From a virus (taxonomy: Duplodnaviria; Caudoviricetes): 39,603 nt of DNA. The translations under genes and the position numbers were made by a program. A model generated the notes under the pieces. That model was not told the origin of the DNA and made no database searches. It saw nothing but the letters and a program-made list of their open reading frames with translations. The stretch covers positions 1-39,603 of the IMG/VR virus record IMGVR_UViG_3300049009_000223; one strand, 5' to 3'. Below, piece by piece: positions 22,932-30,920 of the stretch. Numbering within the stretch: the first letter of the stretch is position 1; every line of letters begins with the position of its first letter.

Positions 22932-23008
22932 AAACTATTATACATTAAAAGTTGGGCAGTTTAGCATCGTACCCAGGATCAGCACTCTAGATTCGGGAGA
23001 TAGGCTCC

Positions 23009-23302
23009 CTATTCCATATCGGAGGGACACGGAACTGTTACTAGATTACCACAGCTAACACAGGTTGCGTCAAGGAAATACCAGACTAATTCAAAGTCTT
23101 CAAAGGAGGCCATAATGTTAAAGACTTGGGAGCCACAAGGACAGACGTGTATTGGGCCGAGCTCCCGAAGGTCGCTACCAAACTTCTCTGGTAAAGTGTC
23201 AGTGTTTCTTGACAGGGTTGGTAGACGGAGCCAGGGCAGTAGCCGTACAGTACCCCTGTCGCGCCCCGCAAGGGGGCGCTCTGACCGTTTAATTCGCCTC
23301 AC
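23009..23302 (-). CDS. Zinc-finger hypothetical protein (CPC...CxxC)
   Basis: HVCPCGS...ATCVSCG; the GTG lies 7 nt after a TAAACT -10. Start uncertain. Confidence 0.65.
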   Translation of the reverse strand: MRRIKRSERPLAGRDRGTVRLLPWLRLPTLSRNTDTLPEKFGSDLRELGPIHVCPCGSQVFNIMASFEDFELVWYFLDATCVSCGNLVTVPCPSDME

Positions 23303-23309
23303 GGCTCAT

Positions 23310-23364
23310 AGTTTAGCAATTTAGTAGCGTGTCTCTGGTAAGACACGCCGATCTCTAGTATGAT
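23310..23364. promoter_or_regulatory. Divergent leaderless promoters with inverted GACAC motifs
   Basis: Palindrome GCGTGTCT-N6-AGACACGC; -10 TATGAT (+, 23359-64) and -10 TAAACT (-, 23315-10). Confidence 0.6.
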
Positions 23365-23370
23365 TCTAGT

Positions 23371-23928
23371 ATGACTACGATCTCAGCTATACAAACGGAC
23401 TATTACGCCGTGCTCTGCGCTGACTCGCAGATCACAGAGGACAACCTAGTAAGTACCTCGACTAGTACACCCAAGATCGTCGAGGTGGGTAAGTTTCTAG
23501 TAGGCATCTCGGGCGATATACGCCCAGGAGATATTCTTTCCTACAACTGGAAGCCACCGGTATATCGCGGTGAGAATCCAGTAAGTTATATGGGATCTAA
23601 GGTGATACCCAGTATCATCACGGCCTTTAATGAAAACAACTACGAGTGGAATAAGGTGGATAAAGATGGTGGCTTTGATTATCTCTTTGCTTTTAACGGT
23701 AATATCTTTAGGGTTGCTTGTGATCTCTCTTTTTTCCAAACAGATCACGGAACTTATGGCATTGGTAGTGGTGGGCAGCTTGCTCTTGGCTACTTGTATT
23801 CAATCCGCAAACCTAATATGGACTTAGATTACGCGAAGCGACACGCCCGTCGTGCCGTTGATATAGCTTCAGTCCTTGACGCCAATACTGGTAAGCCCTT
23901 ACAGTTGGTGGTACAAGAAAAGCTATAG
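23371..23928 (+). CDS. Ntn-hydrolase, proteasome-beta/HslV-like peptidase
   Basis: N-terminal MTT, ADSQ, PKI and IGSGG motifs; leaderless start. Confidence 0.75.
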   Translation: MTTISAIQTDYYAVLCADSQITEDNLVSTSTSTPKIVEVGKFLVGISGDIRPGDILSYNWKPPVYRGENPVSYMGSKVIPSIITAFNENNYEWNKVDKDGGFDYLFAFNGNIFRVACDLSFFQTDHGTYGIGSGGQLALGYLYSIRKPNMDLDYAKRHARRAVDIASVLDANTGKPLQLVVQEKL

Positions 23929-23937
23929 GAGGTAGCG

Positions 23938-24054
23938 ATGGCAACTAAAGAAGATACGATCAATTGCACTAGGTGCGATGATCCAACACCGGAATCTGAG
24001 TTAATGGAACTTGGGTCTTTGTGGGTATGCGACATATGCTTTGACGATCTGTAA
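23938..24054 (+). CDS. 38-aa Zn-finger microprotein (CxxC...CxxC)
   Basis: AGGAGG RBS; MATKEDTINCTRC...VCDICFDDL. Confidence 0.7.
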   Translation: MATKEDTINCTRCDDPTPESELMELGSLWVCDICFDDL

Positions 24055-24063
24055 GGAATTGAA

Positions 24064-25005
24064 ATGACTGATCCCAAAGAACTATTACTAACAGCGCTAC
24101 GCGCTGCTGATGCTAAGAAGTCTCGATCAACACAGGTACAGATAGGTCCATCAGAGGTTGGTGGTTGCCGTCGTAGAGTTTGGTACCGGTTGAATGAACA
24201 ACCAGAGACTAATGATAATCAATTAAAACTCGCAGCAATTATGGGTACTGCTATCCACGCTGAGATCGAGAAGGCACTAGCCGGCAACGATAAGTTAATG
24301 ATCGAAGCTGAAGTTGAATACAATGGGATGAAAGCCCACGTAGATTTATTTGTACCAGAGACTGGCGATGTGATTGACTGGAAGACTTCCAAGTTAAAAA
24401 ACCTTGGTTACTTCCCATCAACACAACAACGCTGGCAGGTGCAGCTATATGGATACCTCCTATCCAAAAACGGTTACGTAGTCAACCGAGTATCGCTAGT
24501 TGCGATTGCTCGGGACGGTGATGAAAGAGACGTCAAAGTTCACACAGAAAACTATGACGAATCTATAGCACTAGAGGCACTCGGTTGGCTCGCAACTGTT
24601 AAGGACTCAAAGGAACTTCCAGCACCGGAAAAGGATGCTAGCTACTGCCAGCATTACTGCCAGTTCTATGACGCATCTGGTGAGATGGGATGCGATGGTC
24701 TAAAAAAAGAACGTACCGCAGTTAGTGATGTAATCATTGATGATGCGGATGTTGACAAGAACGCACTGCTGTACTTACAGTTAGGTCAAGCAATAAAGGA
24801 ACTAGAGAAGCAACAAGATTCTCTGAAAGAATCTTTTGTAGGTGTACTAGGTACCACGCAAAGTGGTATCGAAGTAAGTTGGTCAACTATTAAAGGTCGA
24901 GAGACAGTTGATAGTAGCGAGGTAGAAAAACTATTAGGTTTCGTACCTAAGAAGGTAAGCGCTGAGAGTCAGCGCCTATCGGTCAAGCAAATAGGAGGAA
25001 AGTAA
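24064..25005 (+). CDS. Cas4-like PD-(D/E)XK exonuclease
   Basis: GPSEVGGCRR, GTAIH, D...DWKT, QVQLY and CQHYC motifs. Confidence 0.85.
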   Translation: MTDPKELLLTALRAADAKKSRSTQVQIGPSEVGGCRRRVWYRLNEQPETNDNQLKLAAIMGTAIHAEIEKALAGNDKLMIEAEVEYNGMKAHVDLFVPETGDVIDWKTSKLKNLGYFPSTQQRWQVQLYGYLLSKNGYVVNRVSLVAIARDGDERDVKVHTENYDESIALEALGWLATVKDSKELPAPEKDASYCQHYCQFYDASGEMGCDGLKKERTAVSDVIIDDADVDKNALLYLQLGQAIKELEKQQDSLKESFVGVLGTTQSGIEVSWSTIKGRETVDSSEVEKLLGFVPKKVSAESQRLSVKQIGGK

Positions 25006-25392
25006 ATGTCAGCTTCACAGACAACTAAGTTCCAGGTTAACTACAAGTTAGCCGACGGAACTCTTATCAATATCTATGCAGACAATGTTCGTGAACTCGA
25101 AGCAGGTCTTGCAGATATTTCAATGAACGCTTTGAATATCATTACTACTGGTAAAGAACTAACACAAGGATCAATAGCACCAGCTGCTGTATCTCCTACT
25201 GTTTCTGCTATCGCAGCACAGTTCTCAGCACCAGCAGCAGCAGCGGCTGCACCGGCAGGAGCAGGTAATTCCTGTAAGCACGGCGCTATGACTTACAAGA
25301 CAGGCGTATCAGCGAAGGGTCCTTGGCAGGGTTGGATGTGTCCAACTCCTAAGGGTGCACTTGATAAGTGCGACACTATCTGGATTAGATAA
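25006..25392 (+). CDS. Hypothetical recombination-module protein with C-terminal Zn ribbon
   Basis: AGGAGG RBS; Ala/Pro linker; CKHG...WMCP...C. Confidence 0.65.
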   Translation: MSASQTTKFQVNYKLADGTLINIYADNVRELEAGLADISMNALNIITTGKELTQGSIAPAAVSPTVSAIAAQFSAPAAAAAAPAGAGNSCKHGAMTYKTGVSAKGPWQGWMCPTPKGALDKCDTIWIR

Positions 25393-25671
25393 ATGAAGCG
25401 GGGGCCGCAGGATTACGAAGCTCCCAGTTGTGCTCAGGTTGGTGGAGACTTTTGGTTCGCAGAAAAAGATGTTGACGATTCTGAACTAAAGGTCATCACT
25501 GATTATAGATTCGCAAAGTCAATCTGTAATAGTTGCCCACACAAAACCGAATGTGCCGAATGGGGTTTGGAACACGAACTCTGGGGTATGTGGGGTGGGC
25601 TAACTCCAAGAGAACGTGTCTATATCAGAAGACGAAAGAATTTATTTATTAAAGGAGATAGAAGTGCTTGA
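25393..25671 (+). CDS. whiB: WhiB-family Fe-S transcription factor
   Basis: C...AKSICNSCPHKTECAEW and GMWGGLTPRER: four Cys plus the G[IVLM]WGG turn. Confidence 0.95.
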   Translation: MKRGPQDYEAPSCAQVGGDFWFAEKDVDDSELKVITDYRFAKSICNSCPHKTECAEWGLEHELWGMWGGLTPRERVYIRRRKNLFIKGDRSA

Positions 25672-26518
25672 TCTTTCCCGTGCTTGGGGTGGTGTGCTCA
25701 CAAGAGCTACTCCCCTACCGGATGTATGGGCTGGCTTGGCTGCCAAAGAGATCAAGTTCAGGCGTGGGCAAGTATGTATGGTTGCAGCAGCACCTAATGC
25801 TGGTAAGTCAATGTTCGCATTGGTTTATGCAATCAAGGCAAAGGTGCCCACGCTATTCTTCTCCGCTGATACTGACACAACTACCGTAATGATGAGGGCA
25901 GCAGCCCACGTCAGCGGTCATTCACAAGTCTCTGTAGAAAATAACTTAACAGGCGATAGTCACTACTACGATTCTCGCTTTGAGAAGTTAGACCACATCA
26001 AGTGGGTCTTTGATTCATCACCATCTATTGATGATCTTGAGTTAGAGATACGAGCATACGTTGAACTATACGGGCAGGCACCAGAGCTGATCGTAATAGA
26101 TAACCTAATGAACGTAACAGCAGAGACTGATAACGAGTGGGCAGGACTACGTGCAATTATGATGGAGTTGCACGATATGGCACGCAAGACAGAAGCGTGC
26201 GTACTAGTACTGCACCACGTATCAGAACAGAGCGAGTACGGAAGTCCGAGTAATCCACCACACCGTCGGGCTATTCACGGCAAGGTAAGCCAACTACCGG
26301 CGCTGATCTTAACTCTGGGTTATGACCCAGGACAGGCAACGCTAAAGGTGGCAGCAGTAAAGAATCGTTTTGGACCGCACACAGCTGATGCTTCAGATTA
26401 TGCACAGCTTCTAGTAAACTACGCAGCGTGCCAGATTAGCGATCAAGATCAATTTGGTAGGATGTTAAGACGAGATGCAATGGTTGGTTATCAAGGAGGA
26501 TACATTGTCGAAGACTGA
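25664..26518 (+). CDS. DnaB/RecA-family helicase
   Basis: Walker A AAPNAGKS, Walker B LIVIDN, VLHH and KNRFG; AAGGAG RBS before GTG 25664. Confidence 0.88.
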   Translation: MLDLSRAWGGVLTRATPLPDVWAGLAAKEIKFRRGQVCMVAAAPNAGKSMFALVYAIKAKVPTLFFSADTDTTTVMMRAAAHVSGHSQVSVENNLTGDSHYYDSRFEKLDHIKWVFDSSPSIDDLELEIRAYVELYGQAPELIVIDNLMNVTAETDNEWAGLRAIMMELHDMARKTEACVLVLHHVSEQSEYGSPSNPPHRRAIHGKVSQLPALILTLGYDPGQATLKVAAVKNRFGPHTADASDYAQLLVNYAACQISDQDQFGRMLRRDAMVGYQGGYIVED

Positions 26519-26666
26519 GATGGCTTATGTTAAGAATCGTATTGCTAAATTAGAGAATGACTTTATGGCATTTGCTTCTTTGTTAATACAAGCAGGCATT
26601 GTCCGAGTAGATGAAGAAGAAGGAGAACAAGTATTTGCGGTCAATAAGGTCAAGCTAGATGGCTAA
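26505..26666 (+). CDS. Small hypothetical protein
   Basis: AAGGAGG RBS with TTG start at 26505. Confidence 0.6.
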   Translation: MSKTEMAYVKNRIAKLENDFMAFASLLIQAGIVRVDEEEGEQVFAVNKVKLDG

Positions 26667-27009
26667 CCCTAATGGTCGTAAAGGCGCTAAGTTTGAGACA
26701 GATGTTATGCGCTGGCTACGCGATAAAGGCGTAAGTGCAGAACGTCTGACAAAGGCCGGTGCCAAAGATGAGGGTGATCTTGTCTGTGTAATAGCAGGTG
26801 AGACGTTCATCCTTGAACTCAAGAACCGTGCAACGCTAGCACTGCCCGAGTTCTGGAGGGAAGCTGAGGTTGAGGCGCTTAACTACGCTAAGGCACGCGG
26901 TAAAGGGGAAGTACCGCTGCACTATGTGATAGTTAAGCGTCGCAACTCAGGCATAGAAAGTGCGTGGGTAATACAAGATCTTAAACAATGGATTAAGGAG
27001 AAGGAATGA
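26659..27009 (+). CDS. Holliday junction resolvase (archaeal Hjc-type)
   Basis: KGAKFE, DEGDL and ILELK motifs. Confidence 0.8.
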   Translation: MANPNGRKGAKFETDVMRWLRDKGVSAERLTKAGAKDEGDLVCVIAGETFILELKNRATLALPEFWREAEVEALNYAKARGKGEVPLHYVIVKRRNSGIESAWVIQDLKQWIKEKE

Positions 27010-27401
27010 AGATTCCTCAAGGCCATTGGCAATCTGGAATACCAGCTAGTGATAGAGATTACGCAAAGGTTGCTTATCTTTATACCGAAACATTGATTAC
27101 TAAAAGTAATAACACTCACTTGATTCTTGCTATGGCTATGGGAGTTCCAGTAAGTACGGTCAAAGAAAGAATAAGAGAATGTAGAGAACGCGGCTTAATT
27201 ACATTACCAGGAAAGGGTAAGCGTGGGCTATTAACGCTCAAGGCCTGCTCATTATTAGAAATGGAGAAGGATATGCCAGTACCACAAGGAGTAATCAGTA
27301 CCTCAGAAGGCCCAGTAGATCCAGAAGTTGTACAAGAAGTTGTACCAGTATTAGAAGAAGAACAACTACCAGAAGATGACTTTGATCCGGAGCAAGTGTG
27401 A
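27006..27401 (+). CDS. HTH-like protein fused to an acidic tail (internal start possible at 27273)
   Basis: LAMAMGVPVSTVKERIRECRERGLI HTH; second RBS plus ATG at 27263-27275. Confidence 0.6.
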   Translation: MKIPQGHWQSGIPASDRDYAKVAYLYTETLITKSNNTHLILAMAMGVPVSTVKERIRECRERGLITLPGKGKRGLLTLKACSLLEMEKDMPVPQGVISTSEGPVDPEVVQEVVPVLEEEQLPEDDFDPEQV

Positions 27402-27577
27402 CTACCAAGATAGGTTTACCTATTAACCGCCAAAGACTTAAAGGTCTAGGCGTTGAACACGCTAAGAACACTTCGTTCGATGAGGGATACAACGCTGGCT
27501 TTGATGCTGGAGTTGCTTATCAAAAGGCTCAGGTTGAGTTACAAAAAAGTAAAGAAGTCAAAGATGATTTGCTCTAA
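27398..27577 (+). CDS. Small hypothetical protein (59 aa)
   Basis: GTGA overlap with the upstream stop; FDEGYNAGFDAG repeat-like motif. Confidence 0.6.
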   Translation: MTTKIGLPINRQRLKGLGVEHAKNTSFDEGYNAGFDAGVAYQKAQVELQKSKEVKDDLL

Positions 27578-27743
27578 CTGTATCCAAGCTGGTGCGGAGA
27601 ATAAACTAGGACACCTGAAGCGTGCCGCGCATAAGCACGAAAAGTGCAGTATGAAGGGGTGTGTATGTCAGCACAAGACTGGTCCAGGGTTCGCAAGAAC
27701 AAAGGATTCAAAGGTTCCGTTGATGCAAACACAATCCCCATAG
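27564..27743 (+). CDS. Cys/His-rich small protein (59 aa)
   Basis: MICSNC...HEKC...CVCQH. Confidence 0.6.
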   Translation: MICSNCIQAGAENKLGHLKRAAHKHEKCSMKGCVCQHKTGPGFARTKDSKVPLMQTQSP

Positions 27744-28042
27744 GGGCGATAGTTGCCAGCTTTGGTGGTGAAGTAAGAGAAGGTAAGTCAGTATCAGTAC
27801 GTTGCTGCTTACACAATGACAGTCGAAGGTCAGCTGTTATGAATACCTATGACAATTTATATTTCTGCCATACCTGCGGTAAGGGTGGCAATGCGGTCAA
27901 CCTTGTCTGCATACTAGAGAACTTGGAGTTTAACGATGGTCTCAAACGTGCAATCGAAATTGCTGCTGGAAGCGGCGCAGCGATACGCTCAGGCAATAAG
28001 TCCAGAGGCGCTGGCCGTATTAGACGCACGTGGGATCTCTGA
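27665..28042 (+). CDS. DNA primase zinc-binding (CHC2) subunit
   Basis: CCLHND...S...YFCHTCGKGGNA. Confidence 0.85.
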   Translation: MSAQDWSRVRKNKGFKGSVDANTIPIGAIVASFGGEVREGKSVSVRCCLHNDSRRSAVMNTYDNLYFCHTCGKGGNAVNLVCILENLEFNDGLKRAIEIAAGSGAAIRSGNKSRGAGRIRRTWDL

Positions 28043-28586
28043 AGTTGTCGCGGCTAAGTTCCAACTTGGCACGATTACCGAGCCGATCAACGGTCACGAG
28101 ATGTATGAAGGTTGGATCTCCATTCCTTATATTACTGCTGGTGGTTCTTGCGTTGGGTTCAAGTTCCGCAGATTAGATGAAGGCAAACCAAAGTACGGTA
28201 GTCCTACCGGACAGAAGGCTCACCTATATAACGTAGCTGATATAACTATTATGAAACCATACGTAGTTGTATGTGAAGGTGAACTTGATACCGTCATAGT
28301 ATCAGGAGTGCTAGGCATACCAGCAGTTGGTGTGCCAGGAGTGGCAGCTTGGAAGCCACACTTCCCCAAACTATTTGGTGGATATGAAACTGTATATGTT
28401 GTTGGAGACAATGATGTTAAAGAGGATGGGTCAAACCCAGGTGCTGAGTTTGCAAAGCGCGTGGCTAACGAGGTGATGAACTCTACAATTGTTACACTTC
28501 CACCTAATATGGACATTAACGATTACTACCTAGCACACGGTGCTAGTGCTACCCGCAAACTACTGATAGGAGAGTCCAGTGAATGA
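27936..28586 (+). CDS. DNA primase TOPRIM subunit
   Basis: RGIS, IPY, PKY, VVCEGELD and GDND...D motifs. Confidence 0.88.
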   Translation: MVSNVQSKLLLEAAQRYAQAISPEALAVLDARGISEVVAAKFQLGTITEPINGHEMYEGWISIPYITAGGSCVGFKFRRLDEGKPKYGSPTGQKAHLYNVADITIMKPYVVVCEGELDTVIVSGVLGIPAVGVPGVAAWKPHFPKLFGGYETVYVVGDNDVKEDGSNPGAEFAKRVANEVMNSTIVTLPPNMDINDYYLAHGASATRKLLIGESSE

Positions 28587-28965
28587 CGGATCAAGACTGG
28601 GAAAAATTACTACAGACTATGCTTACTATGGGCTTGCAGATCCTAAGCTCGAACAGAGCGAGCGAGACGATAACGATAAGGCCAATACCGACGCGTTCAT
28701 AGCAGCAATGTGGGATGTACTAGATAGTGCAGGCAACTTGCTTCTAAAGAAGCATAGGGATTATGGCCCAAGCAATATCGCTGGTGCTCCAGGTGGGCCA
28801 CTAAACGGTCTGCGTGTACGTATGTGGGATAAGACAGCACGCATTAACCACCTGATTGATAGTGGTGCTACGCCTGAGAACGAATCGCTACGCGATAGCT
28901 TCATTGACTTGCTTAACTACAGTGCTATTGCGTTGCTAGTACTGGATGGTAAGTGGCCTGAGTGA
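28579..28965 (+). CDS. DUF1599 / nucleotide-modification-associated domain 1 protein
   Basis: KKHRDYG, RMWDKTARI and ESLRDSFIDLLNY motifs. Start uncertain. Confidence 0.75.
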   Translation: MNDGSRLGKITTDYAYYGLADPKLEQSERDDNDKANTDAFIAAMWDVLDSAGNLLLKKHRDYGPSNIAGAPGGPLNGLRVRMWDKTARINHLIDSGATPENESLRDSFIDLLNYSAIALLVLDGKWPE

Positions 28966-29597
28966 CCGGTATTGATCCAGCAATCTATGACATAGCACCT
29001 GGTGTTGCTCGTGCTATTCACAGTAGATACAAGGCTTACGTCGAACGTGAGGATGTAATGCAGGAGTGTCTATCGTGGGCGCTAACGCGCCATAGTTGGA
29101 TCGCTGAACAGTTACTAGAAGCAACAGATCCTGATAAGCGTAAGCACGCTGAGTCACGCATAGCGTGGCAGATGAGGCGAGCAGCTGAACGCTACTCACG
29201 TCGTGAGAAGGCTACTAAGTCTGGCTATCAGATAGCAGATGAGGCTTACTACCAAGGCTACACGCTTGGTCAGTTGTTGCCATTTGTTATTGCCTCAGTC
29301 GTTGATGGCACAGTGCTAGAACAGATACAAGATATGATCCAAGATGGACTGCCACGTGGTTCATCTAGTCCATCTGAAGGTGGCAACTTACTTGCTAACC
29401 TAATAGATATTAAGATTGGCTACACTAAACTCGAAGCCGAAGATAAGATATTACTTCGTGTCCGGTACTTAGATAGCTTCACACTGCAACAGATAGCCAA
29501 CCACTACCAGTGCTCAGTATCTACTGCTGATCGCAGGATTGATGGCGCTATGCGCCGGCTACAGGATCTATTAGGAGGGGTGAGTCCTTTCCAATGA
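28962..29597 (+). CDS. Sigma-70/ECF-like phage transcription factor
   Basis: EREDVMQE region-2-like segment and C-terminal region-4 HTH (TLQQIANHYQCSVSTADRRI). Confidence 0.75.
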   Translation: MTGIDPAIYDIAPGVARAIHSRYKAYVEREDVMQECLSWALTRHSWIAEQLLEATDPDKRKHAESRIAWQMRRAAERYSRREKATKSGYQIADEAYYQGYTLGQLLPFVIASVVDGTVLEQIQDMIQDGLPRGSSSPSEGGNLLANLIDIKIGYTKLEAEDKILLRVRYLDSFTLQQIANHYQCSVSTADRRIDGAMRRLQDLLGGVSPFQ

Positions 29598-29977
29598 AAG
29601 AAATTGAACTCTTTGATTACCTTAAAGTAAACCTATACCCAGACTTAGAGAAGTCTGTTGGTATCTATGATTCCTTCGATTGTATCTCGGCTACTGCTGG
29701 TCACTACATAGAACTCAAGTGCCGTCATACCCATTACGACACACTGCTTATAGAAGAAATGAAGTACCGCAAGTTAATAACCCAAGCAGCTGAACGAGAT
29801 CTAATCCCGTTCTATATTAACTCGACACCGAAAGGTGTCTTTTCTTTTGATCTGATGGATGTACCGGAACCTGAGTGGTTTACTCATCGTATGCCAGCGA
29901 CTACTGAGTTTGCTCGCAATAAAAAGATAGATAAGTTAGTAGGTTACTTACCGATTGAGGAGGCAATAGAGTTATGA
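29594..29977 (+). CDS. PD-(D/E)XK-like nuclease
   Basis: SFDC...YIELKCR motif. Confidence 0.55.
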   Translation: MKEIELFDYLKVNLYPDLEKSVGIYDSFDCISATAGHYIELKCRHTHYDTLLIEEMKYRKLITQAAERDLIPFYINSTPKGVFSFDLMDVPEPEWFTHRMPATTEFARNKKIDKLVGYLPIEEAIEL

Positions 29978-30090
29978 TCTGTTCTTTATGTGGTGTTTGG
30001 TACGACCCAGCAAACGGGTGCGACCATAGAGTTATTGCTATGAATAAAGCAGCTGGTTTTGTTCTTGCTAATGAGAAGGAACTTGAGTGA
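29974..30090 (+). CDS. 38-aa Cys/His microprotein
   Basis: GAGGAGG RBS, ATGA overlap; MICSLC...CDH. Confidence 0.55.
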   Translation: MICSLCGVWYDPANGCDHRVIAMNKAAGFVLANEKELE

Positions 30091-30266
30091 ACTACGATTA
30101 CAAGTGCGAGAAGTGCAATAGCGAACTAACTGTTGAGCGTTCTATTCACGCTGAAGCTAGCGATCCTATGTGCTTTAACTGCCATACAACTATGAACCGC
30201 GTATGGACTACGCCCACTATTACTTTTAATGGTACTGGGTTCTACTCTACCGACAATAAGAAATGA
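30087..30266 (+). CDS. FmdB-family zinc-ribbon protein (59 aa)
   Basis: YDYKCEKC...CFNC...FNGTGFYSTD; translated manually. Confidence 0.8.
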   Translation: MNYDYKCEKCNSELTVERSIHAEASDPMCFNCHTTMNRVWTTPTITFNGTGFYSTDNKK

Positions 30267-30302
30267 CAAAGCCCCACCTCGCGTCATAGGTAGGGCCTTG
30301 TC
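30265..30302 (-). terminator. Hairpin between convergent operons
   Basis: 15-bp minus-strand stem GACAAGGCCCTACCT/AGGTGGGGCTTTGTC. Confidence 0.65.
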
Positions 30303-30336
30303 GTTGCGAACGAGAGAGCGTTCAACAGTTATTATT

Positions 30337-30510
30337 CTACTGGCTTAGTATGGAGAATACAAATTGACACGGATCTCCACCCTCATCTAAGTCCTTACGT
30401 TCTTCTTCACTAAAGTATTCATATCCTCCGTCGTGCGTAACGCAGTAAGCTGCTGAGATCCAACCTTTGTCCTCGCCCTCTTTGCGCCATACGTGGAAGT
30501 CATCACTCAT
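30337..30510 (-). CDS. Hypothetical protein (57 aa)
   Basis: ATG just after the upstream stop; GWIS..YC.THDG...DPC. Confidence 0.6.
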   Translation of the reverse strand: MSDDFHVWRKEGEDKGWISAAYCVTHDGGYEYFSEEERKDLDEGGDPCQFVFSILSQ

Positions 30511-30512
30511 TA

Positions 30513-30920
30513 TCAGTACCAATTTTTACGGTTGTGGAAACTAAGCGCGTTACACGGGGTGCTATGTCTACTCTCAATGTAGCGGAGACCGCTGAGAATC
30601 TGTTCTCTAGGGTCTGACTTTCTTTCTCTAAGTAGTTGAGCAATTCCGTAAGCACTAGATCTGGGATTGTCCGCTTTGTGGTCAAACCTGCTCTCACGGG
30701 TCCAAAGGGTGACAAGACAGGCTTGCTGCTTTCTCCCCCACCCGTATGCGAGGTTAGCGTAACGCTTTGATATACGTATGTTTTCACGCTTCTCCTTCAT
30801 TGTTGCTTGTGCTAACGCTGGCTTCTCTGGTATCGGTAGTATGCCAGTCTGGTGTGCTGGTACTAGTAACCATACGAGTAGCACCGCTAATATCAATCCA
30901 ATTCTTTCCCTCTTGCTCAT
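30513..30920 (-). CDS. Membrane-anchored lytic transglycosylase (SLT/lysozyme-like)
   Basis: N-terminal TM; LWTRES (catalytic Glu), AYGIAQ, YIESRH and NWY motifs. Confidence 0.8.
   Translation of the reverse strand: MSKRERIGLILAVLLVWLLVPAHQTGILPIPEKPALAQATMKEKRENIRISKRYANLAYGWGRKQQACLVTLWTRESRFDHKADNPRSSAYGIAQLLRERKSDPREQILSGLRYIESRHSTPCNALSFHNRKNWY

Noticed and set aside
24064-25005. Cas4-like gene as evidence of CRISPR-Cas
   Set aside because: No cas1/cas2 and no array; solo Cas4-like nucleases are common in actinophage recombination modules.
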